From the NCBI GenBank assembly GCA_963719505.1, contig CAVRCF010000002.1:160001-224000 (forward strand): 64,000 bases of DNA, in the 5' to 3' direction. Origin of the DNA: Halobacteriovoraceae bacterium. Lineage in GTDB: Bacteria; Bdellovibrionota; Bacteriovoracia; Bacteriovoracales; Bacteriovoracaceae. Below are positions 28,240-37,946 of this stretch, piece after piece (the first letter of the stretch is position 1; each line of letters starts with the position of its first letter). Both the position numbers and the translations under genes were made by a program. The notes beneath the pieces were generated by a model. It did no database searches, was not told the origin of the DNA, and saw only the letters and a list, made by a program, of their open reading frames with translations.

Positions 28240-28339
28240 GTTTACCTCGGGTTTTCTTTTGAGTTTATCAAAGAAGAAGAAGGCAATGGGAGGATTTGAA
28301 AATAATCCCAGGCCTGTCAAAACAATCGACAAAAATATG

Positions 28340-30089
28340 GTAACTGCTCAATATTGTGTTTAAATTTATAGGATTTAAATAGCTTGAACTAGCTTGCCCA
28401 GGTATGGAATTTCTTCTCGTTGGGAGATTCGATCTTCTAAATATCGCCAAAAACTCAAATTTATTTTTCTACAAGTTGAGGCCAGTGAAAGCATCAAGTC
28501 CCAAGACTTCATTCCTTTCAATGAGCGGTTTTGAAGTGAGATTTTTCTTTTTATCACTCGTTCTCGAAGGTCTCTTTCGCAAAGGTTATTATCCAGAGGA
28601 AGTTGTGGGTATTTCAAAAATAGTAAAAGTTTATCTCTATTCTTTCTTGTTCTTCCAAGCTGTGCATCCAGTGGTTTAACTAATGTTTTTAAAGACGTGA
28701 TCCTCTCAAATTCTGATCGAATCTGTATTCTCTTAACGGTGTCAGGATTATTCCTGTACCTCTTCATGAGCTTATAAAAAGCTCTCCACTGACGAACCAA
28801 TTTCTCAAGGGTTTCACTCTCTATTCTTTTGAAAACCTCACATAGCTTATATTTACGAATCTCATGCACCCAACAAAGCTGATGGTTCCTATGAAGCCCA
28901 TTAAAATTTGTCCCTTCATCTGAGATTAAAAATCTTATTGGTGGTCCATTCGCTCTAGAGTTCGCATAACTAAGTGCACCAGCAGTTCTAACGATATCTT
29001 TTTGTTTTTTAGTTACATCTGAGAAAGTCGAATCTTCAAAAAAGACCTCTAATTCTTCTCGACTAAAACTTATCTTCTTTTCTAGAAGGTTAAAAAATAC
29101 TGTAACCTTGGGACGTTTTAGTTTCTTACCAATAAAATCAATTGCAGCTCTATCGAAAATAAACCTTTGCTCACCTCCAAAGAGTGCTCCCACCGATGCC
29201 CAACGATTCTTTTCAAAACTCGTAGTGAAGCTAGTAAAGTACTTATGGCTTACTCCAAATGTGTAAGCTTTTACTCCATTAACTTTCGCCCCAGTATCAT
29301 CGATATGAACTTTCGAATCTCTTTTTAGTCCTGCATGTCTTGCGGATTCCAGATCAACCTGAAAGTCATCAGTCAGGTTATTTAGAATTGAATTTATAGT
29401 TCCAGCACTAATATCAATTTTTAGCTCAGAGAGCATTTCTCTAATCTTTTCGTGGGGAACTCTTAATTTGTAATTCAAATAAAGAATGTGGGCCCGAAGT
29501 TTAGGACCAAACTGATGGCCCTTGAAACCTGAAGGTATCTCACCTTCGATAACTCTACTAAGACTTTCAGAGTAATATCTCTTAATAGAGAATTTTATAT
29601 TTCTGCGATTAAATACTATTTCTTGGACCACAACATCTCTAGAACCGATGAATTTAGCGTCTTTAGGGAGTTCATTTTTATCTGGAGAAATTTCAATCTC
29701 TTCATCAACTTCGATATCTTTCTTTTTAGACTTTTTCTTATGTTCTTTCTTCGGAGGTGGATTTAGGTCACTAGTATTTGTTGGCTTTATTTTAGGTTTT
29801 TCTTTTTCACCTTTGAGACGACGAACTTCATCTATGAGTTCACTATTCTTTTTTTCCAACTCTGAATTTTCTATAGTAAGGTCTACAGCACGCTGAGCAG
29901 TCTCTTTTAACTTTCTTTTGAGTTTGCCTTTATTCCAAGTATTTACCCATCCCATTGCCATGTTTTTTAATTCATCAAATGCCATGGAGATATATTTACA
30001 AAAAAGAGATGGATGGCCAAACAATTTCTGATGTTTAGTTCAAAATAAATATTTTTAAAGATTTGAAGAACACTTTATTGAGCAGTTAC
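28340..30089 (-). mobile_element. IS66-family (ISBst12-like) insertion sequence, copy 2, 1750 bp
   Basis: Same IRs as copy 1 in inverted orientation; own 8-bp TSD AAAATATG at 28332-28339 and 30090-30097. Confidence 0.92.
28375..30024 (-). CDS. IS66-family transposase, protein identical to copy 1
   Basis: Translation identical to 20059-21708. Confidence 0.92.
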   Translation of the reverse strand: MFGHPSLFCKYISMAFDELKNMAMGWVNTWNKGKLKRKLKETAQRAVDLTIENSELEKKNSELIDEVRRLKGEKEKPKIKPTNTSDLNPPPKKEHKKKSKKKDIEVDEEIEISPDKNELPKDAKFIGSRDVVVQEIVFNRRNIKFSIKRYYSESLSRVIEGEIPSGFKGHQFGPKLRAHILYLNYKLRVPHEKIREMLSELKIDISAGTINSILNNLTDDFQVDLESARHAGLKRDSKVHIDDTGAKVNGVKAYTFGVSHKYFTSFTTSFEKNRWASVGALFGGEQRFIFDRAAIDFIGKKLKRPKVTVFFNLLEKKISFSREELEVFFEDSTFSDVTKKQKDIVRTAGALSYANSRANGPPIRFLISDEGTNFNGLHRNHQLCWVHEIRKYKLCEVFKRIESETLEKLVRQWRAFYKLMKRYRNNPDTVKRIQIRSEFERITSLKTLVKPLDAQLGRTRKNRDKLLLFLKYPQLPLDNNLCERDLRERVIKRKISLQNRSLKGMKSWDLMLSLASTCRKINLSFWRYLEDRISQREEIPYLGKLVQAI

Positions 30090-30254
30090 AAAATATGTCA
30101 TAACGGCATTTGACACAAAGCACGGTGCTCGATGCCTAGATCACTTTGGCCCCATTACCTTTTTACAGTACTAATTCTGAGTATTTAGCTCGGGTATTAT
30201 TGGCAATCCAATTGCACAAAGGGGGTAAACAAGATTTTTAATTCTGGGGAATTT

Positions 30255-30980
30255 ATGTCAAAGGCAATTGCACTGCTGCTACTATTAACTTTTTCAATTC
30301 AGACGATGGCCCAAAGTTTTATGCCAAATAAGTCGGTTTCATCGATCATGCAAAAGTATGATTATCTTCTCAATGTTCATCCAGAAGCTCATTTAACACA
30401 GTTTAAAGAAGCTCAGCTTAAGAACTTTGAAATGGAGATCACTGAGATAGCAAAGACAAAATCTCCCAAGCAACTGAGAGCAGAAGTAAAAGCGATACTT
30501 AATCAAATTCCAACACGCGAGCAAAGAGTCACTTTTGATAAGATTATTAAAAACTCAACACCAAAAGAGATTGCAGCATTTTTATTAAACCCATCTCTTC
30601 TCCAATCAGCTCTTCAAGGGGAAGGTGCAAACTTCGCCTTAAACTTTAATAGTGAAAACCTTCTTCAATATATTACTTTGGCATTAGCTGCGGCTTTAAT
30701 TTTGGCCATCATTATCGAGGTTGTTAAAAATGCACAGTACGAGCACTTTAGAGCAAGTGTTGGTGGAAGCTGTGGTGGACTTAGTTCATTTGAAAAAGAT
30801 GCCATCAAGCAAAGAGCAAAAGATAAGTGTTATACACAAGCAAAATATCCAGGGACATGTGAGCAAGATGATTTTGGAACACAAACTGAATCCTCTTATG
30901 ATGAGTACGGTGATACGACTTCGACATGGGATATCTGTGAAGCCCATTGGAGAGCAAAAAAGAGACTAACGAGACTTTAA
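30255..30980 (+). CDS. Hypothetical exported/membrane protein, paralog A
   Basis: Signal peptide, KYDYLL..HP, LQGEGANF, hydrophobic helix, 4-Cys C-terminal domain. Confidence 0.8.
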   Translation: MSKAIALLLLLTFSIQTMAQSFMPNKSVSSIMQKYDYLLNVHPEAHLTQFKEAQLKNFEMEITEIAKTKSPKQLRAEVKAILNQIPTREQRVTFDKIIKNSTPKEIAAFLLNPSLLQSALQGEGANFALNFNSENLLQYITLALAAALILAIIIEVVKNAQYEHFRASVGGSCGGLSSFEKDAIKQRAKDKCYTQAKYPGTCEQDDFGTQTESSYDEYGDTTSTWDICEAHWRAKKRLTRL

Positions 30981-31002
30981 TTTAAATATCTGGGGAAACT
31001 TT

Positions 31003-31737
31003 ATGAAAAACAATATGAAAAACTATTTTATCTATTTATTAATATTCACCTTCTCTTTGCAATCAATGGCGAGCACGATGCCAAAAAATAATATTGCAAA
31101 TGTTTTAGTGAAATACGACTACCTTTTAACCGCTCATCCACAGGCCCATGAAGAAGGTTTTGCCAAAGACAATCTCAAGGCCATGAAAGAGGAGATCGCA
31201 AGTCTTACTCAGAATATGAGTAAAGAGGAGCTTAATGCTGAGCTTGAAACTGTTCTTCAAAAGGTTCCAACTATAGAGCAAAGAGTGGCCTTTAGAAAAC
31301 TTATAGAATCTTCAACGCCTGAACAAGTGGCGAAGTTTTTTTCCAATCCAAAATTACTGCAAGCGGCGCTCAGAGGAGAGGGAGCAAATTTTGCGATGAA
31401 CTGGGAAGAAAATGCAGCCGCTTATGTGCTTGCCGCTTTAGTTTTAGCTCTCGTTATCGCCGTCATCTTTGAAGCCATTAGAAATGCAAAATATCAATTT
31501 TTTACTTCTTCAAGTCCATGGGAATGTTCATACCTGTCTGAAATTGAAAAAAATGATCTTTTAAGATCTGCTCTTCGAAAGTGTCGAGAGGGTGCTAATT
31601 ATCCTGAGACTTGTGAAAGAGAGCACTACGGTGACCGAACCGAAACGTACACGTCATACAATGATGGAGAAGAAGAAACATACGAAGATACAGATTGTGT
31701 CGCAGAATATAGAGCTTTAAAAAAGGTGGATAAATAA
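31003..31737 (+). CDS. Hypothetical exported/membrane protein, paralog B (start may be 31015)
   Basis: Same architecture as paralog A. Confidence 0.8.
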   Translation: MKNNMKNYFIYLLIFTFSLQSMASTMPKNNIANVLVKYDYLLTAHPQAHEEGFAKDNLKAMKEEIASLTQNMSKEELNAELETVLQKVPTIEQRVAFRKLIESSTPEQVAKFFSNPKLLQAALRGEGANFAMNWEENAAAYVLAALVLALVIAVIFEAIRNAKYQFFTSSSPWECSYLSEIEKNDLLRSALRKCREGANYPETCEREHYGDRTETYTSYNDGEEETYEDTDCVAEYRALKKVDK

Positions 31738-32453
31738 TGAAAAACTTACTGATATACATACTCGTTTTTACTTTCTCTTTCCAGGTGCTTGCTCAAACGG
31801 CTCCAAAGCCTTCGATCAACTCTGTTATGGCAAAGTATGACTACTTAATGACCGCTCATCCTCAAGCACACGAAGAGGCCTTTAAAAAAGATAATTTAGA
31901 AAAGTTTAAACAAGAACTGGCCACTTTAACTCAAAAAATGAGTAAAGAAGAAGTGGAAGCGGAACTTGAAATTCTTCTTGAAAAGGTGCCGACAAAATCT
32001 CAACGAACGGCTTTTAGAAAACTTCTCAAAAGCTCCACAGCTAGTGAACTTGCAACATTTTTTGCCAACCCAAAACTTCTAAGCGCCGGTTTACAAGGAG
32101 AGGGTGCAAATTTTGCGATGAACTGGGAAGAAAATGGGGCAACTATTGGTCTTCTCGCTCTTTTAATGGTGGGAGCTATTTTTCTTATTTTAGATGCTAT
32201 CAAGCACATGAAATATGAGTTTTTCACTTACAGAAGTAGTTATGGTGTTGGTTGTAATGATTTATCTTCCGATGAGAAAAATGAACTCGATAGAGGAGCG
32301 CTAAGAGATTGTCGAAATAATGCCGCTCATCCAGAGACTTGTGAGCAGTCTGATTTTGGATCGAGAACTTATAGAACAGACTACGATGATGGATCTTACT
32401 ATGAAGAGCCATATTGTGAGTCTGAGTACCGAGCGCTTAGAAAACTAGACTAA
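31737..32453 (+). CDS. Hypothetical exported/membrane protein, paralog C
   Basis: Same architecture; TAATG overlap with paralog B. Confidence 0.8.
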   Translation: MKNLLIYILVFTFSFQVLAQTAPKPSINSVMAKYDYLMTAHPQAHEEAFKKDNLEKFKQELATLTQKMSKEEVEAELEILLEKVPTKSQRTAFRKLLKSSTASELATFFANPKLLSAGLQGEGANFAMNWEENGATIGLLALLMVGAIFLILDAIKHMKYEFFTYRSSYGVGCNDLSSDEKNELDRGALRDCRNNAAHPETCEQSDFGSRTYRTDYDDGSYYEEPYCESEYRALRKLD

Positions 32454-32548
32454 TTTACAATCGGGGGCAGACGCACTGCCCTCAATGTCTATAATATTAC
32501 ACTTTTCATTAATCCCTTGCAGTGGTATTCTACACTTCACTTTATTTT

Positions 32549-32920
32549 GGGGGTGCCCTGGTTTCGACAGGGGCGCGCAAAAGACTGAGTGCGTGTCTAG
32601 GTTGGTCAGCGGGCCTAGTAAAAAGCCGACCAAATTTAGTTGGAAACAACGAATACGCAATGGCTGCATAAGACTACGTTTTATAGCAACATTTGAGGGG
32701 CCTATACCGATAACAAAAGATAGGTAAAGAGTTCGAACTGGGAACTCCGTAATCTAAACTAGTGGAGAAGAAGCCGGGAATATCTCCTTAAAAAAGCCAC
32801 CGGGTTTTGTGAAATTGACAAATTTCTCACAGCCGTCACTTGCTCCAATGTGACTACACACGTAGTACTCTTTTCTGGATCCGCTCTTGGACGTCGGTTC
32901 GATTCCGACCACCTCCACCA
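32549..32920 (+). ncRNA. ssrA: tmRNA
   Basis: 5' GGGGGTG...GGTTTCGAC pairs with 3' CACCTCC-ACCA including the G3-U pair; T-loop GGTTCGATTCC; tag frame GNNEYAMAA* at 32642-32671. Confidence 0.96.
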
Positions 32921-33053
32921 CTCAACCCGAGTGGTGGGTCTCACCCCAAAATAAATAACTTTAAGTAATTTAAATTACTTATAAAACCAATGCCAACAGG
33001 ACTTTAGCTCAACCGCTTCTTTCATCACTATAAATCACAGATAATCACATACG

Positions 33054-33086
33054 TTGTGCTACTTAAGTGCTCCATTTGTGCTACTT
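33054..33086 (+). repeat. Three tandem 11-bp imperfect repeats, possible integrase arm-type sites
   Basis: TTGTGCTACTT-AAGTGCTCCAT-TTGTGCTACTT. Confidence 0.55.
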
Positions 33087-33218
33087 CGATTTTTACCATC
33101 CATATTTTATGACTACACAGGTAGTTTAAACCCGCTAATTAGAGTGTAACTCTATAATTTTATGGGGACTAACTGTGTAGTTGAAAAGAACATCTTTAAC
33201 CTTTAATTGGAGATGTTT

Positions 33219-33572
33219 ATGCAACAGAAAAAAAGAAAGTACAGAAGAAGTGATGACAAGGTTATTACTAAAGAAGCCGGAGTCTTAAAGTACTTAAGAG
33301 AGACGAGAAAGATACCTTTAAGAAAGGTGGGATTTCTTTTAGGTAAGTCAGGAACTTGGGTAAGTCATGTAGAGCATGGAAGAATTGATCTTGATCCTAA
33401 AAAGATACTAAGTCTTCTAAATATTTATCGATACAAGTATGAATATTTTCTGGAGCTAGTTAATGGAAGTAGAGTTATGCCATCAAACACTTACGCTGAG
33501 TGTGTTGAGATTTTAAAACGTCTGGATAAAGAAAAATTAAAAACTGTGAAAGCAATTTTAGAAAGCTTCTAG
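33219..33572 (+). CDS. XRE-family helix-turn-helix regulator
   Basis: LKYLRE...LRKVGFLLGKSGTWVSHVEHGR; GGAG RBS before ATG 33219. Confidence 0.85.
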   Translation: MQQKKRKYRRSDDKVITKEAGVLKYLRETRKIPLRKVGFLLGKSGTWVSHVEHGRIDLDPKKILSLLNIYRYKYEYFLELVNGSRVMPSNTYAECVEILKRLDKEKLKTVKAILESF

Positions 33573-33937
33573 GCTAAATTATTAGAGGGCTATGGTTATA
33601 AGTTCTGAACTCTACGTACAATTTTTTGTTTTATAATTATTATATAATTCGGAGTCTTTTTTATTCTAATGTTTTTTGTAACCTATTAGGATGAACTTTG
33701 AAGAGTAATAAATCAGGAAATATTGTGAATATAGGCGCACTTAGTTTCTGAATAGTACTTTAAGACTTGAATATTATGCTTAGAATTACCTTAAAGGTTT
33801 TGTCTGTTTTCTTCTGACTTAGCTTGTTCGAAAGGGCAAATATGTATTTTTCTACAAGATTCCCTTTCATCTTTAATTTTTGTTTCAAAAATGTCATATT
33901 TGCTTAAAACCTCTTGGTGAGGATTTAGGTAGGAGTT

Positions 33938-34864
33938 ATGAGCTTGAAGAATTTTATTATTTTTATTAGTTTTCTTTTAATTTCCCAAGTGTGTAATGCA
34001 TCGACTAGAGTTATAGGAATATATGATGTTGAGGTTACAGATAAAGATGGTAGAGACGTATTAGTTTTTGCTACCAATGGTCAAGTTTTCGAATTTAATG
34101 ATGTAAACGAACTCCGTTTGCAACAGTTAAAGTTGGCAAAAGAGCACAAGGAACAAGTAACTATCGAAATTACTGACATCTCTCATTTTGAGGATGTTCT
34201 AGGCTTGAGAAATAACATCACTGAGATTCATCGGATAACTCCTGTTAAGAATTCTTCTAAAAGATTAAGTAATAGTTTTAAAAATGATTATACCCCTGCA
34301 ATGATTGAGAATGATTATGTAACTGATTTTCTAAATGATAGTGAGCTTAGTGTTCTCTTTAGAAAAATGCGAAACAACAACTCCAAGGATTCTCAATGTT
34401 ACAATAGGGCTCATATTTGGGCGTATGAGATGCGGAGAAGTACGGAACGCAACCGAGTTGTGCAACCAGGTAAGATGTGGCTATATTTTACAAAAAAATA
34501 TATTATTGAGTACAAATTTAAATGGTGGTTCCATGTTGCACCTTACGTTACCCTTCGGGGCCAAGAAACTGTCTTAGATAGGAAATATCTCAAAGAGCCT
34601 ATCGACTTGAGAGGATGGACCGATTTCTTTATAAAGCCTCGCTCCGAATGTCATTTCATTAAAAGATATTCCGACTTCGAAAACAATCCTTTAGATGGTG
34701 CAGATGATTGTTTTGTTATGAAAACAAGTGTTCATTACTATCAACCTTATCAAATGGAACTTCTAGAGAAAGGTAAAAATCCTGAACAAAAAAAATGGGA
34801 ACCATGGGAGCTTAAGCAAGCCTATAAAGATAGTTTAGGTACAAGCCGCTATCCTAGATTATAA
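33938..34864 (+). CDS. Secreted protein-glutamine glutaminase family protein
   Basis: Signal peptide; Cys-His-Asp triad pattern SQCYNRAH, WWFHVAP, VLDR. Confidence 0.78.
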   Translation: MSLKNFIIFISFLLISQVCNASTRVIGIYDVEVTDKDGRDVLVFATNGQVFEFNDVNELRLQQLKLAKEHKEQVTIEITDISHFEDVLGLRNNITEIHRITPVKNSSKRLSNSFKNDYTPAMIENDYVTDFLNDSELSVLFRKMRNNNSKDSQCYNRAHIWAYEMRRSTERNRVVQPGKMWLYFTKKYIIEYKFKWWFHVAPYVTLRGQETVLDRKYLKEPIDLRGWTDFFIKPRSECHFIKRYSDFENNPLDGADDCFVMKTSVHYYQPYQMELLEKGKNPEQKKWEPWELKQAYKDSLGTSRYPRL

Positions 34865-35216
34865 AAAAAAATAATTTGAAGATTAACAAAGAAAAGTAAA
34901 ACAGATAATGGGAAGAAAGCGAATGCTTAAGCCTCGGACAAGTAGCTAGTTGGGATACGTAATTAACTAGAATGTGCTAATTTTGAAATAATCTTAGATT
35001 AATCGCTCAGCACATTGGGTATCAATGTAGCTCTTACAAGTATTTTTGATTTCTTACTAAAATGTTCCTATCTGGTTTGGGAGGTAGAGGTTCAAATCCG
35101 TTTAGAAACATTATTCGTTGGGAGGGCTTTTATTCTATATTACTAACTTTAATTTCTAGACTCTACCCATTGTTAATCAAATATATGCGAACCTACAAAG
35201 CAAGAGGATTTATTGA

Positions 35217-35852
35217 ATGAACAAAGAGAAAAAGTCTTACGAAGATATTAAAAGAGGCCGTAGGGTGGAAATTGCTAGCCTTATATATAATACTGCAGAA
35301 GTGGGTGTTTCTTTAACTGTAGGATTCTCTACAGGCAGTGCTGCCTTAATTAGCTGGGGAGTTGATAGTATTGTAGAAGGTAATTCAGCTGCATTTATGA
35401 TCTGGCGTTTAAAAGGTGAAATGGATGAATTGCCTGAAAAAGAATTGTTAAAACGTAAAAAAATCACACTTGGAGTTTTGTCAGCTGCATTTGCAATCGC
35501 TGCTTTATTTATTTGCTACGAAGCCTTTAAAAAATTTTCGAATGAAGGAACCAACTCATTTTCTTGGTGGGGAATTGCAATTCTTGCAACTTCATTAATA
35601 ATTAACCCACTTCTTGCTTGGGGTAAGTACTTCTATGGGAAAAAAACAGGTTTGGAAACCTTGAAATATGATGCGATTGATACCATGATTTGTGAATATC
35701 AAACGATAGTAGTTCTTGTTGGAATTGCTTTAACTCAGTGGCAAGGCTGGTGGTGGGCCGATCCCGTCGCTGCTTTGTTGATTGTTCCATATGTGGGGTG
35801 GGAGTCTTATAATGCAGGCAAAGATGCTCTGAGCGTTTCTATAGGTGATTAA
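35217..35852 (+). CDS. Short cation diffusion facilitator (TM domain only)
   Basis: SAALISWGVDSIVE, WWWADPVAAL; six TM-like segments. Confidence 0.8.
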   Translation: MNKEKKSYEDIKRGRRVEIASLIYNTAEVGVSLTVGFSTGSAALISWGVDSIVEGNSAAFMIWRLKGEMDELPEKELLKRKKITLGVLSAAFAIAALFICYEAFKKFSNEGTNSFSWWGIAILATSLIINPLLAWGKYFYGKKTGLETLKYDAIDTMICEYQTIVVLVGIALTQWQGWWWADPVAALLIVPYVGWESYNAGKDALSVSIGD

Positions 35853-36427
35853 AGATATTAGTCGGGAATAATTGTGTAGTAAGTGTTTTTACAATAGGCT
35901 TTATTGCAAATTTTTATTACAGTAAATCTAACTATTTATGTCTACAAGCGATGTAAATACTTTATAGTACTGCTAATCCCAATAGGCTTCAAACCTCCTA
36001 ATTAAATTTTCCAAAATTCAGCTGAATTTGCCCAAATTCAACTATAAACCATCGTTTACTCACATAATTCACTGAAAATACCGTTAATCCAGTAATGCTC
36101 CTACGAATTTTCGTCCTATGCCGTTGGGATGAAGAGTAACGGTCGTCAAAGCTGATAGAATTAACTTCTTGGTAGCATGAGATTGGCAGAGTAGAATTAA
36201 TTAAGATACATAATTACTTCATCGTTTTCCCTATTTATTTAGAAAGTTCACTCTTTTTTCAGTACGCTGCTGCAATTTATGAAAGCCCGTAGGTTTTAAT
36301 ACCTTAAAAAGCGTCTAGAGCAGTACTTTAAAGCCTTCTATAACTGACTTACTTTGTTGAGATGTAAATGTTTCCGTATATATAAATTAACATAAAATGG
36401 GAGATAATATCATTATGGAGGACATTT

Positions 36428-37288
36428 ATGTATAAGATTTTAACCATTATCATTTTATTTCAATCATCAATATTATTGGCTCATGAGGCAAGCTGTAAAC
36501 TTCCGAAAGATGAAATTTTAAAAATTGGGTGTTCTACAAAATGTAAATATTTCTATAAAAAAGCTCTAAAACGTTTTGCTCGTAAAAAAGGATATCGATT
36601 AGAAGTTGTTGATATGTATAAAGCAGGTTTATCAAAAAACTTACAGCAACTCGATGGTATTGTCATTCCAGGGGGGGCAGATATAAACCCAGACCTTTAT
36701 AAGTATAAAGTTGAAGATGATCTCAAGGCAAGAATCGAAGAGTTAGACGGTTTCGTTGATTATAGTTTAGAAGGAGAAAGAAGAGATCCTTTTGAATCTA
36801 AAATTTTGAAAAATTACTTCAAAGACGATGATAATAAAACTCTACCACTTCTTGGTATTTGTCGAGGAATGCAAATGCTTGCTGTATCTCAAGGTATTCC
36901 ACTATATGTAGATATTAAGACAGAACTGGGCATTAAGAATAGAAGGTACTTATTTGATAGAGTTTATATTGAGGATAAAGATAGTCTTTTAAAATCAATT
37001 CTACGCTTCAAAAGCTTTCTTGGTTACAAGTATCACCATCAGGGTGTTAGAGTTGACTATTTTAATAGATATAAATCTGAACGATGGCCTGATATTGATA
37101 TAACATCTTATTCCAATAATAATACAATTGCTGAGTCATTAGAGTTTAAAGATAGACCGATTCTTGGGACTCAGTTTCATCCAGAAATAGATTTTTGGTC
37201 TGAAAGAAAGCGAATTTTTAGTTGGTTGTTGAATGAGTCTTGTGAAAATAAGAATAAAAAAATAGCTAGAAATATGTCGAGAAAATAA
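36428..37288 (+). CDS. Peptidase C26 / gamma-glutamyl-GABA hydrolase-like class I glutamine amidotransferase with signal peptide
   Basis: PGGADINP, GICRGMQ, HHQG, GTQFHPE. Confidence 0.88.
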   Translation: MYKILTIIILFQSSILLAHEASCKLPKDEILKIGCSTKCKYFYKKALKRFARKKGYRLEVVDMYKAGLSKNLQQLDGIVIPGGADINPDLYKYKVEDDLKARIEELDGFVDYSLEGERRDPFESKILKNYFKDDDNKTLPLLGICRGMQMLAVSQGIPLYVDIKTELGIKNRRYLFDRVYIEDKDSLLKSILRFKSFLGYKYHHQGVRVDYFNRYKSERWPDIDITSYSNNNTIAESLEFKDRPILGTQFHPEIDFWSERKRIFSWLLNESCENKNKKIARNMSRK

Positions 37289-37578
37289 AGATTATAATAA
37301 ATAAATTAAACTTGTTTGTTTTCTAAGTGGACAGAGGAAGATAAAAATCTTGGAATTTACTAAAACTAAAATCTAATATCATCTACATATAGTGACTTGA
37401 AGCAAGTTTTTGATGTCTCGGAATTATTGGCATCATCGAATTAAACATTTAACCCAAATAGGTGTTATTTAAGATAATCACGTATAGAGTGTAAAATATT
37501 TATACACTTTATATAAAAATTTTATCTATTACTCTCAAGTATTGCTTTAAAAGCAAATATAGAGTAATTTAATTGAAT

Positions 37579-37902
37579 ATGAAAACTTTATTCACTTTTT
37601 TACTTATATTTACGATCTTCAATGATTTTACATCCGCTTCATTTACTGAAGTGAGTGTAAGTCATTTAGAGTCACAAGTGAGTTGTGAAGAATCAGATTT
37701 TCATTCTTCTGAAAATAATCACGAAGACCACGATCATAAAGAACATAATTGCCACTCTGGACACTCACACACTGTGATTATAGTGTCAGAATCTTTTGAT
37801 CTAAAACCATCGTTATCAGAATTATATTTAGAATACCCACTCTATCAGGCTGGTAATCTACTTACCTTTATATCTAACATTGTTCGTCCTCCGATTGCTT
37901 AA
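37579..37902 (+). CDS. His-rich small exported protein with C-terminal RPP motif (CzcI/DUF2946-like leader)
   Basis: Signal-like N-terminus, HEDHDHKEHNCHSGHSH, ends IVRPPIA; first gene of the RND operon. Confidence 0.7.
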   Translation: MKTLFTFLLIFTIFNDFTSASFTEVSVSHLESQVSCEESDFHSSENNHEDHDHKEHNCHSGHSHTVIIVSESFDLKPSLSELYLEYPLYQAGNLLTFISNIVRPPIA

Positions 37903-37946
37903 TTAAACCCAGTTTTACGTTTAATTAATTGATTAAGGATAAATTT

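Noticed and set aside
19994-30089. Composite transposon formed by the two inverted IS66 copies around the HDO operon
   Set aside because: Each copy has its own matching 8-bp TSD (GACATAAT; AAAATATG), indicating independent insertions and no inversion between them so far.
32445-32944. Short ORFs overlapping ssrA
   Set aside because: Explained by the tmRNA gene.
33110-33125. 15/16 match to the tmRNA segment TGACTACACACGTAGT (32851-32866) as an att duplication
   Set aside because: Too short, internal rather than the 3' end, and only about 260 bp away; may be chance.
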